Part shown: positions 29,500 through 44,400 of the stretch, piece by piece | How positions within the stretch are numbered: position 1 is the first letter of the stretch | Layout of the letters: every line of letters begins with the position of its first letter | Made by a program: the position numbers and the translations under genes | Origin: Obrimoposthia wandeli | Lineage: Eukaryota | DNA: 64,000 nucleotides | Assembly: GCA_977020255.1 (NCBI GenBank) | Contig: CDROCS010000774.1 | Coordinates: forward strand, 372,001-436,000 | Reading direction: 5' to 3' | The notes under the pieces: generated by a model | What the model was told of the DNA's origin: nothing | Databases searched by the model: none | What the model saw: only the letters and a program-made list of their open reading frames with translations

Positions 29500-30870
29500 C
29501 TATAAACGAAGTTTGCCGGAGGGTACGTTTGCAGTGCCAGATGATGATGGGGACAGCATCGATCTTAATGCAAGGGCCGTGGCAATCGCTTCCAAAGGAT
29601 ATGCCCCTTTTGTGAACATTGCTGCTTTACGTCAACCAAAAAGAAGAATCATTGATGCAGTAGAAGAAACACACATCAATGCATGTGTAGAAGCTCTTTT
29701 TTTCAAGAAAATCATCAAAGTTTCACGTAAAGGATCCTTTTGTTCACAGGTACGAATGGTGCTGAAATCAGATTCAAACCTTCGCTGGCTCATAGTGGAC
29801 TTCGTACATCTTACTCCATGTCTTCCACAGTTGCATATGAGAACACCGAACCTGGCAGAGAATCTCAAAATTATACCACCCAGTATGCAAGCACTCCGTA
29901 TTGATTTAACATACGTTTTTTACCAAGTGCCTATCGCCACAAAAGCACATCATCTCACAAATTTCTGAGTGCTTCTTCGCGAACTAATGGATTCTCGTTC
30001 TTCCTACTTAATTAGTTTTCAACTTCCTTTCCGAAATCCACTCATCCTCCGAAATCCACAAAGCTCAGCAATTTTACAGTGGACCTTGACCCTTATTTTA
30101 ATAGATGGCAGCAAATTTGGGATATACCTTTGGTGCATGTGTACATTGACGATATCTTGATAGTTGATACCAAGAACACTCCGATGTGGTCCAAAGTTAC
30201 AAAATTCTTCAAGCTTTGGATCTTGCAATTAAATTTTTATAAATCTCAACTTATCCTGGCACAAACTGTCACCTATTGCGGAATGGCTTTCGAACTGATG
30301 ACGCAACAAGTGAGAAACATGCGAAAAGATCATACTTGACCAAGATTTTTCAGAAGAAATTTGTTTTTAGAATTATGTGACAAATTTTTTGAAGTGGCTC
30401 TATGTAATTAACTATTTAGCATCAAATCTCCGAGCTCAATGCTTCCGTATTTTAGAGAAATACGCCCAAATCTGGACTTGGAAGCTAGGAATACGGAATG
30501 TTTGGGCTACCAATGCTATTTTGATGACAATAGCCGTGATTCAGACAAAACCACAGAGGAAAGTTCATCTGGCTTTGCGAATCCCATAGGAAGATATATA
30601 TATACAAGAAGCCAAATAATTGATGTGGTCCATCTGTTTGTCATCACTGGGAGACACTATACACTGCTACAATAAAAGACTTGTATGGACCACAGCCTTG
30701 AAACGTTTCCTAACACAAACAAAGGACTGGTGGATACTCATCGCGATTCAACTGTTGATTACGTTTCAAAGGATTGAAGTACAATTCATCCCAACTTACC
30801 AGAATTCAGCTGATCAGCCCTCTCCAAAACAACTGCTTCTTCAAGATCTGCAAGGAGATTGGACCTCTTG
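29500..30870 (+). pseudogene. Degenerate RT-RNase H (DIRS-like or Gypsy-like, unresolved)
   Basis: KKIIKV..GSFCSQVRMVLKSDSNLRWLIVDF..L, RIDLTYVFYQVPI, VHVYIDDILIV, QFIPTYQNSADQPS. Confidence 0.65.
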
Positions 30871-31109
30871 CTTTCAGACAATGATGAAAAACAGACTTGA
30901 TTTTGTAGAGGTTTCATTGTTCATTGGACTGGGAAATTTTCTCGTTTTTATTTTTTTTATTACTATCTGTCTCTTATCAGTAACATCACTCTCTGCCTGC
31001 CAACGCTTATTCCAGTTGTGATGCGATTGGTGGGAGTTCTGCATATAATAGAGTTGGTTAAATATAAAAACTGCCAGTCTCATTTGTTCAAAGAGTATAA
31101 TGACGGGTA

Positions 31110-32310
31110 GCTTGCACTGACTGCAATCACAATGCCCCGTCACAAACATATCTCCCAGCCATTCCCACGTCAGCCCCCTTAACGCAATTCGAGTCTATAT
31201 ATGCCGACTACTTTGATTTTGCTGGAAACCACTATCTAGTCATTGGTGATAGACTATCCGGTTGGACCGAGGTGTTCCGTTACCATCCCGGCTCTTCCCA
31301 TACTGGTAGCGCCAGCCTCATCGGATCTCTTCAATCAGTTTCTGCAACCTTCGAGGTGCCAGCAGAACTCTCCAGCGATGATGGACCAGAATTTACAAGT
31401 AGCTCAACTCAGGATTTTTTCGCCGATGGGATGTCAGCCATCGCGTATCCTCCGCGTATCATCAACAGTCTAACGGTAGGGCTGAAGTTTCCGTAAAAGC
31501 CACAAAACGCCTCCTCAGATCTAACACGGGTACCACCTCAACAACGACCGATTCTTTCAGGCGCTCTTGTAACAACAGAACACTCCTGATCCCGACTACA
31601 AAATATCAGATCGTATTGGGAAAGTCCCCGCGAGACTCAATGTCTTTGGGAATCGACTGGAAATATTCTCCAATCCACATATTAAAATTACATGGTGAGA
31701 GGCCTGGTCTCTGAAAGAATCATCTCTGCGCGCATGGTATACACGATCACAGGAGACCCTTGATGCAAGCACCAGCCCACTACCACCCCTTCATGTTGGT
31801 GACAAGTGCTTTGTTCAGAATGGCACGGGTAACCATCCCAAACGATGGGATAGAACAGGCATTGGGACAGAGGTGTTAGACCATGACAAGTATTGCATCA
31901 AAATCGATGGCTCAGACCAAGTCACTATTAGAAACCGGAAATACCTCTGTCAGTTCACTCCCGTCTCCACAGATAAAGTGAGGTTCTATCTGCTTTCATT
32001 GTATGAAGTGCATGCCAGCCACCCCAAAACCTCACCTCCGAGAAATAATCCACCAGCGATCATGACGTTGAACCAATAATCAGAGATGATGCCAGCATTG
32101 CAATCAGCTGCAGAATCGTCGTCCTCAATACTGCCAACATCAGTACTAGCCACTCCTTTTAAAATTCATGATGAGATCCCACCAACCCTGTCAATAACCC
32201 TGATATAATCGGCAACTCCAGGCCCAGTCGATCAATCAACAATTTGTTTAATATTTGATTAGAATATTGATCGACAATAAATATATTTGTTGAAAAGACT
32301 CTTTACTTAC
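31110..32310 (+). mobile_element. 3' fragment (integrase plus partial LTR) of the short-LTR Gypsy family
   Basis: CTDCNHNAPSQ..IYADYF..GNHYLVIGDRLSGWTEV, SSDDGPEFTS. Aligns to 60640-61380. LTR piece atattgatcgacaataaatata..gaaaagactcttta at ~32263-32306. Confidence 0.85.
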
Positions 32311-32714
32311 GTCTAGATACAGTTATATATTCATCGAAAAATCGCTGTAATTTAGCTATTGGTCTTTGTGAGCTGATAAAATTTAATCCATTTCTTAAAA
32401 TTATTTGATTGAGTTCTTCACCAACAATTTCAAAAAAATTTACATTTTGTATCCTTTAAACATACTATTTTTTGCAATACATTTATTTTTGTTGAAAATT
32501 TCTGATTATTGAATTCAAATCCAATATAATTATTTCCATTATAATCTCCTTGCCTTGACATTTTAAAATTTATCTATTTAATATTATAATTTTGCTATGG
32601 AAACACAATATTAATGTTATTTATATATTGTATTTTTAAATTAATAGCTGTTTATTATTTTTTTTATTTTGAATAATACTTAGATTTAAATTATGTATTT
32701 AATTTTTGCTAAGG

Positions 32715-33960
32715 CTAGTTGAAAATAATATATTGTAGACACCCTACACTGTACACTGCTGGATCATTTACAACCGGAGCTAATTTAATGGCGCTGATAT
32801 TTTTATTAACATAAGAATTTCTTTCATTAAATTTATCAAATGCAGCCTCGATAATTGATGTCATATCGCTTATCAATCTGAGGTGGTTCCAATTTTTTTG
32901 CATTAATTTGTCATTTTCTGATGCTCTTTCAGCATTTCCTGCATCTAACCAAAATATAATATAACCGTTAATTACAAAAAATTAAAAACTTATTTAATTC
33001 TACATCAAATAAATTTAAAATATATGCCTTTAAGAAATATAATATTTTGCACATCCATCTTGCATTTGAAACGGAGTCAGTGTTTAGTTATTTCAGTGGT
33101 GTACCGTTACAAATGGACAGAATTAGATAACAACATTCCTTATAATCATCTCTACGAATATTTTTACTTTCTTGTACAATTTTTATTATAAATTCAATAT
33201 CTAAATTACCCATATCTTAGGATAGTGCACTTTAGAATATTTGTCATAATTTATATTATAAATAGAACGTACATCAGCAACAAACTTAATTCCAACGATA
33301 TTGGGTTGATTAGAATATCCGAATGAATGTTTAAAAACGTTACCAACGGCATCGCAATTCAATTACATTTTGGGATTTTTTTTGTAGCAACAATGCTACT
33401 TTTTCAGATGTGATACCAGTGTTTGAGGTTGTAGTATCAAAACACAAACCTATAACACGATTAATAATATTCCAACGAGTCAATAACCCAAACACAGTAT
33501 CACATGTTGTTATTCCTCGTCCATTTGATTGAAAAGGAACGCCTAATATGTACTCCATTCCATTATTTATATCAACAATAACAACTGCTATTCTTTCTAC
33601 TCCATCGCACTTCTTACCATTAAAATAAACTACGACATTTAACACATTCTCAACAATTTTTTGAATTTTTATATAGTCAGATTCTCTGATTTTTTCGCCC
33701 TAGTCGTACTGTTTCATGAAATATATCCAATAAACCTGAAGCTCCTCTAAGAGATTTAGAACGCCTATCACAAATTCTCAACTTTTTAGAATCGTCTTCA
33801 TATTCAAAATCTGTACTATCGGAAGGATATATGTAATCTTTAGCAGAATAACTGCCCGTTTCTCTATCCCGTTTATTGTTATTAACTTTGATTTTTTCAG
33901 GAACTTTATATTTAAATCCATAGGGATGCCTTACATCTGAAGGTCTAGCCATGATACCAA
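32715..33960 (-). mobile_element. hAT-superfamily (hATm-like) transposase remnant
   Basis: VVYFNGK..ERIAV..YILGVP..G....V..LL..W.I...VIGLCFDTTTSNTG......CRW and C-terminal VVNDPA. These match the FDTTxxNTG...CRHH and VVNDxAER signatures. Confidence 0.7.
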
Positions 33961-36900
33961 TTCTTCCTCTCTGTAAACCAAGAAATTATGACCCCTTTTA
34001 ATGACTTTGATTGATCCAACTTGGCCACTTCGAAAAGATTATAAGGAGAAGCTAAAAATATATTGCATCTTTCGGTTTCTTGATTTCGATAAACAATCCG
34101 ATGCTCTTGAAATAGTCTTCTAATTTTATATTCGATTAAATTTTGGGATCCAATATTTAGACCTGATTTTTTATATATTTCTAATATTTATTTTGCACAG
34201 ACTCTAAAAGGATAGTCTTTCTTTTCACTCTTTAAAAATAAAAAATGCTTCAAAATTTATTCATTTGTAGGAAATTTATTAGGATTAAACTCAAAATTGA
34301 AATATGACTGAACTGCAAAAACATACTTTCTTAAATTCTAAATTAAATAGTAAATATTAAGTATATAAATATTACCATTGTGATATTTAAATTATATTTA
34401 ATAATTTTATACTATTATGAAGTAGTAAAACACTTTTCAATACACTTAGGATATTGTTTAAAATGAATTGAATAAAATGCAATAAATTTCAATCGTTGAA
34501 CGCAACGATGAACGCACGCAACTGAAGGGATGAACATTTTGAAATAATTTTTTGCATGTATATATAAAATTATTATATTAAATAAATTTTATTACAGACG
34601 AAACTTTTTGAGAACCTACTTGACACCCTACTGTTCGAAGAAGAATAGGTAATTGTTATGAATGTTTCTAAGAAATTGTAGTGTTTTTTAAAAATTGTTA
34701 TAATTGTCTTTTTTTAATTTTAACTGTTTCTTTTCAAAATAAAACATAATTTTTCTGTTCAAAAACTCGAATGGTGAAGTCACATATACGCAATAACATA
34801 ATTGGATTGATAAATTATAGTATTTTCAGCAATAAATAAACATGGACTTTTGTTCCAAGAATTCTATAATTGTGTTTCCAAATTCAATTTTATTTTTGCT
34901 ATCAACAGAGTGTTAAGGTAGAAATCCCTAAAAAGTATTAATACCACTCCACTTTCAAACATTCCTGGATCCGCAACTGTTATATAATTTGTATGGATTT
35001 ATTTGGTCACAGGACTATTTTTGTTGTCATTTTATCATTTTTACCATGCAGTAAATCGTAAAGTTAGGATTTTATTTTTTTAAATTAATAACAAAAATTA
35101 TAATCTTATAAAAAATAACAAGTTTAATTTTTAAATTTTACTCAAAAATCATTTCTTAATTATGCTCTTTCTAAATTTAACTCAGAGTGGCTCACTAAAA
35201 CCAGAGTTACGCTTCTATTTTATGGTACTGATTGTTCGCTGTTCAGCAAAAATTTGCGGTAATTGATTGTTTCTTTTATGTCGACAGTTGCTATTGTTTG
35301 CCAATAATCTAATACCGCGCTCCACAAGGCAGCTGGCATCTTTGCAGTGGAAGGATGCAGGGGTAACTTGTGCAGCTAGCTCTATTAGAGTTTTATTACA
35401 CTTGTCTCGTGATTGTATCACTGTCACTTTCAATTTAAATAACTTCCAAATCGAGATCCTTGGTTAATAATCCAACTTCAGATTGAGAATTCATTCTCAG
35501 CTTTTAAAGATTTTTTGACATTGAAACATCATTAGAATTTGTCACAAGATCCTAGTACATATATGCAGACATTAAACCCTAATTTTGTATTCAAAGATTA
35601 AATAATAAATGTGATTTAATTTTTTTAAAATTTCCAGTAACGCATTATACAAGGTTTATATGGACAGTGATGGAGCACTTGAAAATAAGAGTTGATATGG
35701 AGCTGGATATGAACCTTTGTATTCTGTAGGTGAACTCTTTTGAGGCAAAAATAGATGGTATATATTTAAGAATTTAAAAATGGCTCTTATTACAGTTAAT
35801 ACTTCATTCAACTCTTTATTTTAATGTAAGCAATAGGATAAATTGAATGTTGCTATGAAAGAAAGGCGAAGATGTTGGTTTAATCAAGCTGTACACAATA
35901 TGTTTTACTCATAAGACAATACCAGCTCTTACACATAATTAGATAACAGAAATCAAAAAGTTGAATTCTAATAAGATAATCAAAAGGATATACCTACAAT
36001 CTTTTCAAATTTGATTTTTCCAGAAATATTATTTGTTGATCAGGTTTATTTTTAAAATCAAAATTTTCTTCTGTAAAAAGTAATGAAATTTGTTTATATT
36101 TGTAACATGAAAATTTTGAAGATATTTCGATAGCCGTTTCATTGCAGTTTAGTATATTTTGCGATAAAATATATTTGAACAGTAAATGCAATATGTTATG
36201 AAGCCGATTAATCGCTCCCATATCGTCTACTGAAGTGACTTTTATGCAGCTTTTGACATTGTTATTTTTCCACTGATTCATACAACTCAGCTTTCTGCAA
36301 TAAAAATATCACCGGAGATCGAGAAAAAAATCTTGTGCCCAACAAATGAACTTTATCAGTAGATACTTTTAAAAAAGTCAACTTTCACACAGCTTATTTC
36401 ACTGGTTATTATGTCAGATTCATAAAAATGTATTATTTTATATCCTGTTTCCTATTTGCTTGGGAGCAATTTTGGGTACATTCGTCACGCTTCGAAACAA
36501 TTTTATTATTTCATGTGTTCGTCTTTTAAAATTCATTTTTTTCGGGATTAACCGAAATTTATAATGTCTAAATTTTTAAAATAAATATTAAATAATTAAA
36601 CAAACTTGATTATTGCTTTAATGTTTTAATAATATAATTAATGCAATAAAAGTTTATTACACAATATTTTGAAAATGCAGATTTAGGCGATTTCTCCTGT
36701 ATTTATAAATTATAATAAGTTATAGAGATTAACTGTCTAATTGTCAATGCCCTAGAAAATATGATATTATAAATATCCAAAACTGATTTATTCAAAGTGG
36801 CCAATGAACATTTTTTTGCAATAAATATCGGGTATTACCTAATATATCTGACATAAAATAATAATATAATAAATTATTAAAGGTTCACTATCGATGTCCA

Positions 36901-37299
36901 TAAAACGGGGACATAGCGGTCACTGGGTTAAGTGGATTCTTTGTGATCGACTAAAACTGCAGCCATACATTGAAAAATACTGTGAATGGTTACGTTTCAT
37001 TTTCTGTATTTTTCCTTTTTATATCCATAGATTCTTGCTCCTGAATGGCGACTAGTTATTTTCTGGTCTGCAAACTGTTTCTACTAACTCGGCTTGTTAA
37101 TGCTACATGTGACTATTTCTGTCACAGAATTCAATGCCTCAACTGCTGATTCCCAAACACGATGGCCATACCAATGCCTCACAATGCTAACCTAAGTTAA
37201 TTAAACTCACTAAAACCTCACGTTTTATAATTATTCAATATTTTACTATTCAGAGTGTATCATACGTCACCAAGGAACTTTCTTTTTTATAAATATAGA

Positions 37300-37946
37300 A
37301 TAAACCACAATGTCATTGGGACAGGTGAGGCTATTTTTTTTCAAATGAATGGATAAGTCAATCGTCATAATTGGGTTTTACTGAGAATTTTTTATAATGT
37401 AAACAGTCCAGGAGTTATTGTTAAGATGAAAATATACATGGTAAATTGAACAATTGTAAAGGTAGAGATTTATTTTAGACATTATATTTTTTCTACAACA
37501 AATATGATCCTAAGGATCGTTAAGATAGGTAAATAATGAAGCTCATGCATGACGGTGCACCTCCTCAATGGGGTTTGAAAGTAAGAAGTTGGTTGAATAA
37601 AATGTTCCACAACAGGTGGATCGCCAGCAATGCATTGATTCACCTCTTTGTTCACCTTGTGATTATTTTATGTGGGTTTTCATAAAATTTAAATTGTATT
37701 TTGTTAAGTTAAATAGGGGCTAGAACTCAAGGAAAAGGTTAGAGGCATTTCAGTTAGTTAACCACAATATGCCTTGATAAATGATCACTCTTCATTGTGT
37801 AATTGAATAACATAGAACTCTATAAAATAAAGAATATCCGATGCTAAATGTGAAATTTGATAAAGATACAGTTTTTTAAATGTGTTCATTATATTTTGAT
37901 TAATTACCTTTTTAAATCTCAACCCTTAGAGTGGTCACCCTGTATA
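37300..37946 (+). mobile_element. Tc1/mariner-superfamily transposase remnant with TIR-like end
   Basis: MHDGAPPQW...VRSWLNKMFHNRWI and PCDYFMW at ~37545-37690. Terminal ggtcaccctgtata at 37933-37946. Confidence 0.7.
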
Positions 37947-38428
37947 ATAATTATATTGCAAAACTGTCTATTGAAGTTAATAAAAGTACGTATCTTACAT
38001 TTTGTTGATTTTTCAAAAAAAAAAAAATTAATTTCTTCTATGTAAAAACATGTTACAATTCAATCTCAAAGAACCGATATACTTGTCTAAGTCACTTATA
38101 CGAATATATGTGTTGCAACTGAAATAGCTGGAGATACATTGTCGTAGAAAAGAAAAACTAATTAAAAATGCAGTATCAAATAAAAAAGTCCTTCATTACA
38201 TTATTCCAAACTTTTTAGATGATTCTCGATTTTTTTTCAAAAATTAATTGAAATTACTGATCTACCAAATCAGCTGTGTTATTTGAATTTCGCTGTATTG
38301 GTTAATTGAACTCGAAAACATTTTCGGGACATTTTTACGTTTATTTTCATGAAATGATTAGATAAGAAAGTGAGTTCAAATGAAATTGTCGATGCAAAAA
38401 TACGGACATATATTCTGTCAGCCTGCAC

Positions 38429-41400
38429 TCAGTGTTGACTCCATTGGATGCTCTTCAAATCGATCCCCTCCTGAACCATTTCCCACAGCGGACTGAATAG
38501 GAAAGATTATGTCAAATAAACCTTGTTCTTAAGTCCATACACGTACAAATAATCCATGACTGAGCATGTTTGGGGAATTTGGCACTAAACATATATTAAG
38601 ATTTATATCAAAATATTTGAGCGTTTCTTAAATTTAAAGTAAAATTTATTTTGAACGTTTAAATTAAAATAAAAACTACTAGAGTAAACATGATAAACAG
38701 GAAAAATAAATGATGAACGTCAATCCAAAAAGCGCCTTCCTTCACAGTAATGTCTGGTGAATACGGTTAGTGAAGTAGCACATCCTATTGAAGCAGTCCT
38801 AAGCAGTTCTCTTTGACGCATTAGATAATAGGCAGTTTAGAAATTTCATTTCCTTTGGCAAACTCTGGGATCTTTTTCTTTAAGTTCTGACTCAAATTGA
38901 CTAATTCGGCTCGGTAGCGAACCCCAGTGATAGATTCGGACGATTCCAGTAGCCCATAATACAAAACGCCTTTCTGGTCCCACCAAATACACAATATAAC
39001 CTTAATTGTATGGAAATTCCGTTTGGCAATGACGAAAATCCCAATCTTACCCGAATTTCTTTGGATTATCGTAATTAATCCTTTTTTGTAAATTTTAGGA
39101 TGTGTATTTTACGGTAGTCTCAGCTAAGCTTAGATTTATTCACAATTTTATAAATTCTTCAATAAAACATTTCTAAAAACCATAACAATCTATGATCTAA
39201 ATAGACAGTATTTATTCATTTAACTACCTTTCTTTTCTTTTTGTATAATAGATTTTGTAAATCTCGCTAAATAATGTAAAGTTAAACATTACTTATAAAT
39301 AAAAGCAGTATATTATCTATTTTTCTTTATTATATATTTCCAATTAGTTTTTATTCTGGGCCAGGAGATGTTATTGGTGATGTATTTCAAAATTTCGGGC
39401 ATGAAAGCAATGGAACTCACCTCATTTCCCGTAATTTCTGGACACTTTTGATACATTTCTCGATCGTGTAGTCTACTTCTTCCTCGGTAGTGAATCTTCC
39501 GATTCCGAACCGAATACTGGAGTGAGCAAGATCCTCTTCAGCTCCGATAGCGCGCAGAACATATGATGGCTCAAGAGACGCAGAGGTGCAAGCGCTGTGT
39601 GAAACAGAAAGTTGGGTATGTCAGTCTTAGGTGAGATGCCAGTTAGATTAGAACCCACTGAACCTTTTCTCTACAATATAACATTAATAGATTATCAATA
39701 AAACAAGTGATATGGATGTTATTATGTTAAATTTATTGTGACATATCTATGTATTTTTTCTGGTTTAAAAAAGCTTTAATCAACTTAATCTGTATTTAAA
39801 CCACACATTTGAAAGTTGAATGTAAGTAAAAAGATTGTATCGGAAAAATATCAGATTTAATTATATTTGGAGAAATAAGTCTAGTAATTAATAAAGTGGG
39901 CAATAAATTTTATCAATTATATTTTCAAAATTGTAATTGTTTAGAAAATATTTTACAAAACTTGCATCAAATTTCCTAACAATAAATATAAATACAACAT
40001 TTTATCCAGGATCCTTGGAACATGATACTTTCAGGTTTTCAGAATGGAAGTTTGTTTTAATAAAACATTAAGTTCAACGTTAAGCATAAACTTACTCCAA
40101 CTAAACTAAGCACTCGAAACTATATTTATATCCATAAAACAACTAGTTCGACGATATCTTCAGGTTGGAGTTGGTCATCTGATGATGGCCCAGGCACAGG
40201 ATTAAAGTCAGCAGCACTACGAGACAGCCTATTTGAAGACATCATCTAATGACATCTGCTTCATTGACAGACGTTTTTGTCTAATCAGTCTCTCTTTATT
40301 GCAACTGCCATAACCCCATGAGCACGCTGATCCATGCTTCCAATCAACTGACCCCATATACATTTTTAACTGTGTTGACAATTTGATCATCACTACTAGC
40401 ATCTTGCTTATTATGTAGCACCATTTCGGTAATTCACACAAGGAATGCACAACAGGCGAAACAAGCTGACTTTAACGCATTATATATTTTCTGTTGTAAC
40501 GTTTTTGGCATAAGCAGCCAGTTTTTTCAAAAATAGAATTATCTTTGTGATTTTATTCGATTCTTTTAGAACAAGCAATTTCAGAAGTAATTTTATTTTT
40601 TAATAAATATACGGAATACAGAATAACTTCCGCACGGGAATACAAAAATAGTATTCGGAATTCCGGCAAAGAGGTTGTGTAATATATATACTGGTCATGA
40701 GTTTTAATTTGATAATATTTGGATAAGTAAAGTGTATTGGGAAACAATTACAGGGGCTAATCAGCCAATTTCAGTCTGTAAGCAAGTCATTAGATATATC
40801 AGATCATTGTCTAATATGTAAAAATAATCTAAGATTACACTGTGAATAAATAAATTTTAAAACGCGTAATAATTTTGATTTTACTAACGACAAAAAATAT
40901 TTAGAATTTAATCATACTGTACATAATCAATTCAAAGTTATATTTTCCGAAACATAAAATGGCTGAACAGCAGTCGAAATTGAATTGTCTAATAAATAGT
41001 TATTAAACAGAGTTATAACTCCTTTGGAAATGATCAATTGAATCTAAAATCAGCCTAAAATTGAAACAGTATTTAAAGCAAAAGCATTATTAAATATTAT
41101 TGATAAACGCCAAAGAAAATATATCAAAATCCATTGTCAATTGTGAACAGTAGACAATACATGATCACAAGTTGACTCCGTTTTGCATCTCTGCAGAAGA
41201 TTGGGAATTCTAGCGAAACTATCTTCGTTTATGTGACAGTTGATTTGAATGAGAAAGATATGCAACGTTTTTTAAAGTCCACGAATTTGTACTTATACTC
41301 ATTAGTTAATTGTTAAATGTCCCTGAAGTTTAACATACACAAACATTTACTATTCAAAAAATAATCAAGTTATGTTGAAAATATTTGTCCATTTCTATTT

Positions 41401-44400
41401 AAAGATCATCGCCGTACCTGCCAGAAGAGAGAGCGATGTCTTTGAGTTCCATTAGCAGACTCTCGCCCTCGACGTAGGCAAAGCTGATGTTGACGCAGCC
41501 GGGGTAACGCTCATCCGGATCCCCATTGAGAATAGTGTGTTGCAGTCGCGCAGCAAGGCCTTGCTTCAGGCGCTCCGACAGTGCACTTATCCGCTGCGAG
41601 TCGTACTGCACAGAAACATAATCATAACAGCCTAAGTAATGAGAAGTAAGTAGTAATCGACTTTGCCGTGAACACAGCATCAAAAAAATCGTAAATACAT
41701 GCTGTAATATATTTATCGCCAAAATTTCGCTCATATAGGACAGTCTCCAACACTTAGAAGTTGGATCTAGTTTAAACATTTAGTGCAATTGTTAAATTTG
41801 TAGAACTCCATCATTTGAATTACGATGTTGACCAGACATTTTGTTCCAGTTAATTTTGAATTGCTTTGTAGAATGTGAAAACTTTGATCAATCTTTTTCC
41901 ACTGACTTGAAAATCAAAATTGACGTTTGAGAATAAAATATTTCGAGCAAATATTAAAATTATTCAAATATGAAATGAACAAAAAACAAGCTCTATCCTT
42001 AAAACAATTCTTCATATTACATGCTTCATGATTTGTTACCATTTCTAGTGTCATTTCTGCCGTAAATGGACCACAAATTCAATGTGGCCTCGGATATCTA
42101 CCTTAATATGAGATTTAATCATAATAACATTAAAAAATAATCTTTAAACTAATAGATTCCACGATATATCTAATAAATCTAATTTTTCAACAGTATTACA
42201 ATTTCTTATATACATCAATGAATTGGTGGTAAGATTCAGAGCATAAATTTACAATATTCTATTTCTGTTTGTTATTTGAAAATTTCATTATTAATTCCTA
42301 AAATTATACTTTTAATACTAGTATTTAATTTTACCTTTATTACTACGGTTTTGTATGAATTTAAGAGAATATATATATATATATATATAATACACATTTC
42401 TGAGAATTCAAAGAAAACATTATAATCTGTAGTAGAACTATTATGGAGAATAACTAGAAGGTAAAAGTGTAATAGTCATCAAATTAAATCAACCAAGCTC
42501 GACTAAAAGAGCTCAAATGTATCTCGAAAATCTGTAGACCAAAAAGCAGCATATTGCAAAAGCAATCAAGCAATCAGTGAACTGCACATAAATTAAATTC
42601 ACTCGTGACTAAATACGCAAAATTTTAGAGCCTATACTAAATTAAATTTATGTAAATCAGCATTAAATTTACATGAATACTGTGCATTTTAAATATTTCA
42701 TTTTCTGAAATATATCTAGAATTTTTTTACAAGCACTTGAATTGTGTATATTCCCCTCACATGTAAATGGGGACTTTTTCTTTAGTCTGGAATCAAATAC
42801 AATAACATAAATAACGGAAACTCAAAGATTTTGATCTCGGAGATGATGTAAAACCTTTTTTGAATGTGTCTTTGAATCATGTGTGATTATTAATTTCTAA
42901 TGCTATATAAATATATGTTATATTCTCTTAAATTCATACAAAACCGTAGTTCAGTAAAAAACGTAAAATTAAATACTAGTATAAAAAGTATAATTTTAGG
43001 AATAAGAAAATATTGAAATTTTCCAAATCTGATGTTAGGTTTCTAGCAATTAGAGATAGCAGTATCTATCAGACTATTAAAAGTGTTGGCTGTAATTGGG
43101 CAGATAAATATATATATATATACCATCTAGGAAATATATCACAGGTTCAGCAGTATTTATCGAAAAAAAGTATGGTTACAAACTCAGTAAAAAGTTCAAG
43201 ATTAGATTTTTAAAATATGCTTATCTACAATTTATCAAATAAGCAATAAAATCGCCTCCAAATAAATTGTTAGATTAGACAAGTATGTCAACTTAGGAAA
43301 AAGGTAAAATAGGTTATTTTATAAAAATAAATTGAAAAACATTGTAATTGAGAAACCTGGTAATTTTGGGTATTTATTAGTATTGAAAGGAAATTCATAA
43401 GATACGACCATTGAAAATTAAAAGTACTAACCACTATAAACAAGGCATAATATTTGATGTTTACAATGCAAAATTATATAACATTTTGTACATGAAATTG
43501 CAAGAATATGAATACTTTTAACGAAATATCGAATACTTTTATATTTAAGAACCATCATGGAGAGTTTATGTGATATAGTTCAAGCTACAATAAACGCCAA
43601 GTTACACTCTTAGATATCTTGTAAATAAATGTTCAATGGAGCCTGTGAATAATTTGTGATCATTAATTTATGTTGCAATCTTCAAACCTTCAATATTAAT
43701 TTTAACAATTTATTTTATCAATTGAATTTTCAATCCATTTTTACTTTCTGAAGAATTATTATTTCAGATTCAAACATGAATACTAAGCTTCAAATGAATT
43801 CCAGCTTCAAAATAAATAATTATATTATCAATATTATTGAGTGCAGTTATGTTATCTTGTTTGGTTGAACGTGCCTTTAGTGTCCCACAAGTATACCCTT
43901 TCAGGTTCACCTATGGAAACCGTGCTACAGTTTTTACTTCCTCAAAATGATCAAGTTGAGTATCTTCTCGCCCATAGAAATTTGCCAACTTTTAAACTAG
44001 AATCAAAATCATTCAATCGGTAGTAGCAATCGGCATTGAGTACAAATAACAGGGAGGTAATTAACCCAAGCTAATGAGTTGCACCTACTAGGGATTTCTC
44101 ATTCATGGGGGGAATTGCAATCCACAATTCCTGAACCGACAGTTTTTCAGCAGGTTACCTGACCATTTCTAGCTTGGATTGAATACTCACCGATACTACT
44201 ATTGTTGATAATCTCGGTAATGCTTAAACATCAGATTCACCTATGAGCTTTTAACAGCAACTTTAATATATACTAATGGAGCTGGGATTACAACGGCTGC
44301 TGGCACCAAACTTGTACTTCAATTGATACTTATGAAAGTATTTAGAATTATATAATTTAAATTACTTGTAATTACTATAGCTCCTCAATATAGACAAATT

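Noticed and set aside
36890-36931. piggyBac-like terminus (...ggtcactgGGTTAA)
   Set aside because: No matching left terminus or transposase was found nearby, so it is too weak to call.
41399-41779. 126-aa ORF as a standalone gene
   Set aside because: Only 41418-41605 is coding (NFS1 exon 7); the rest is intron.
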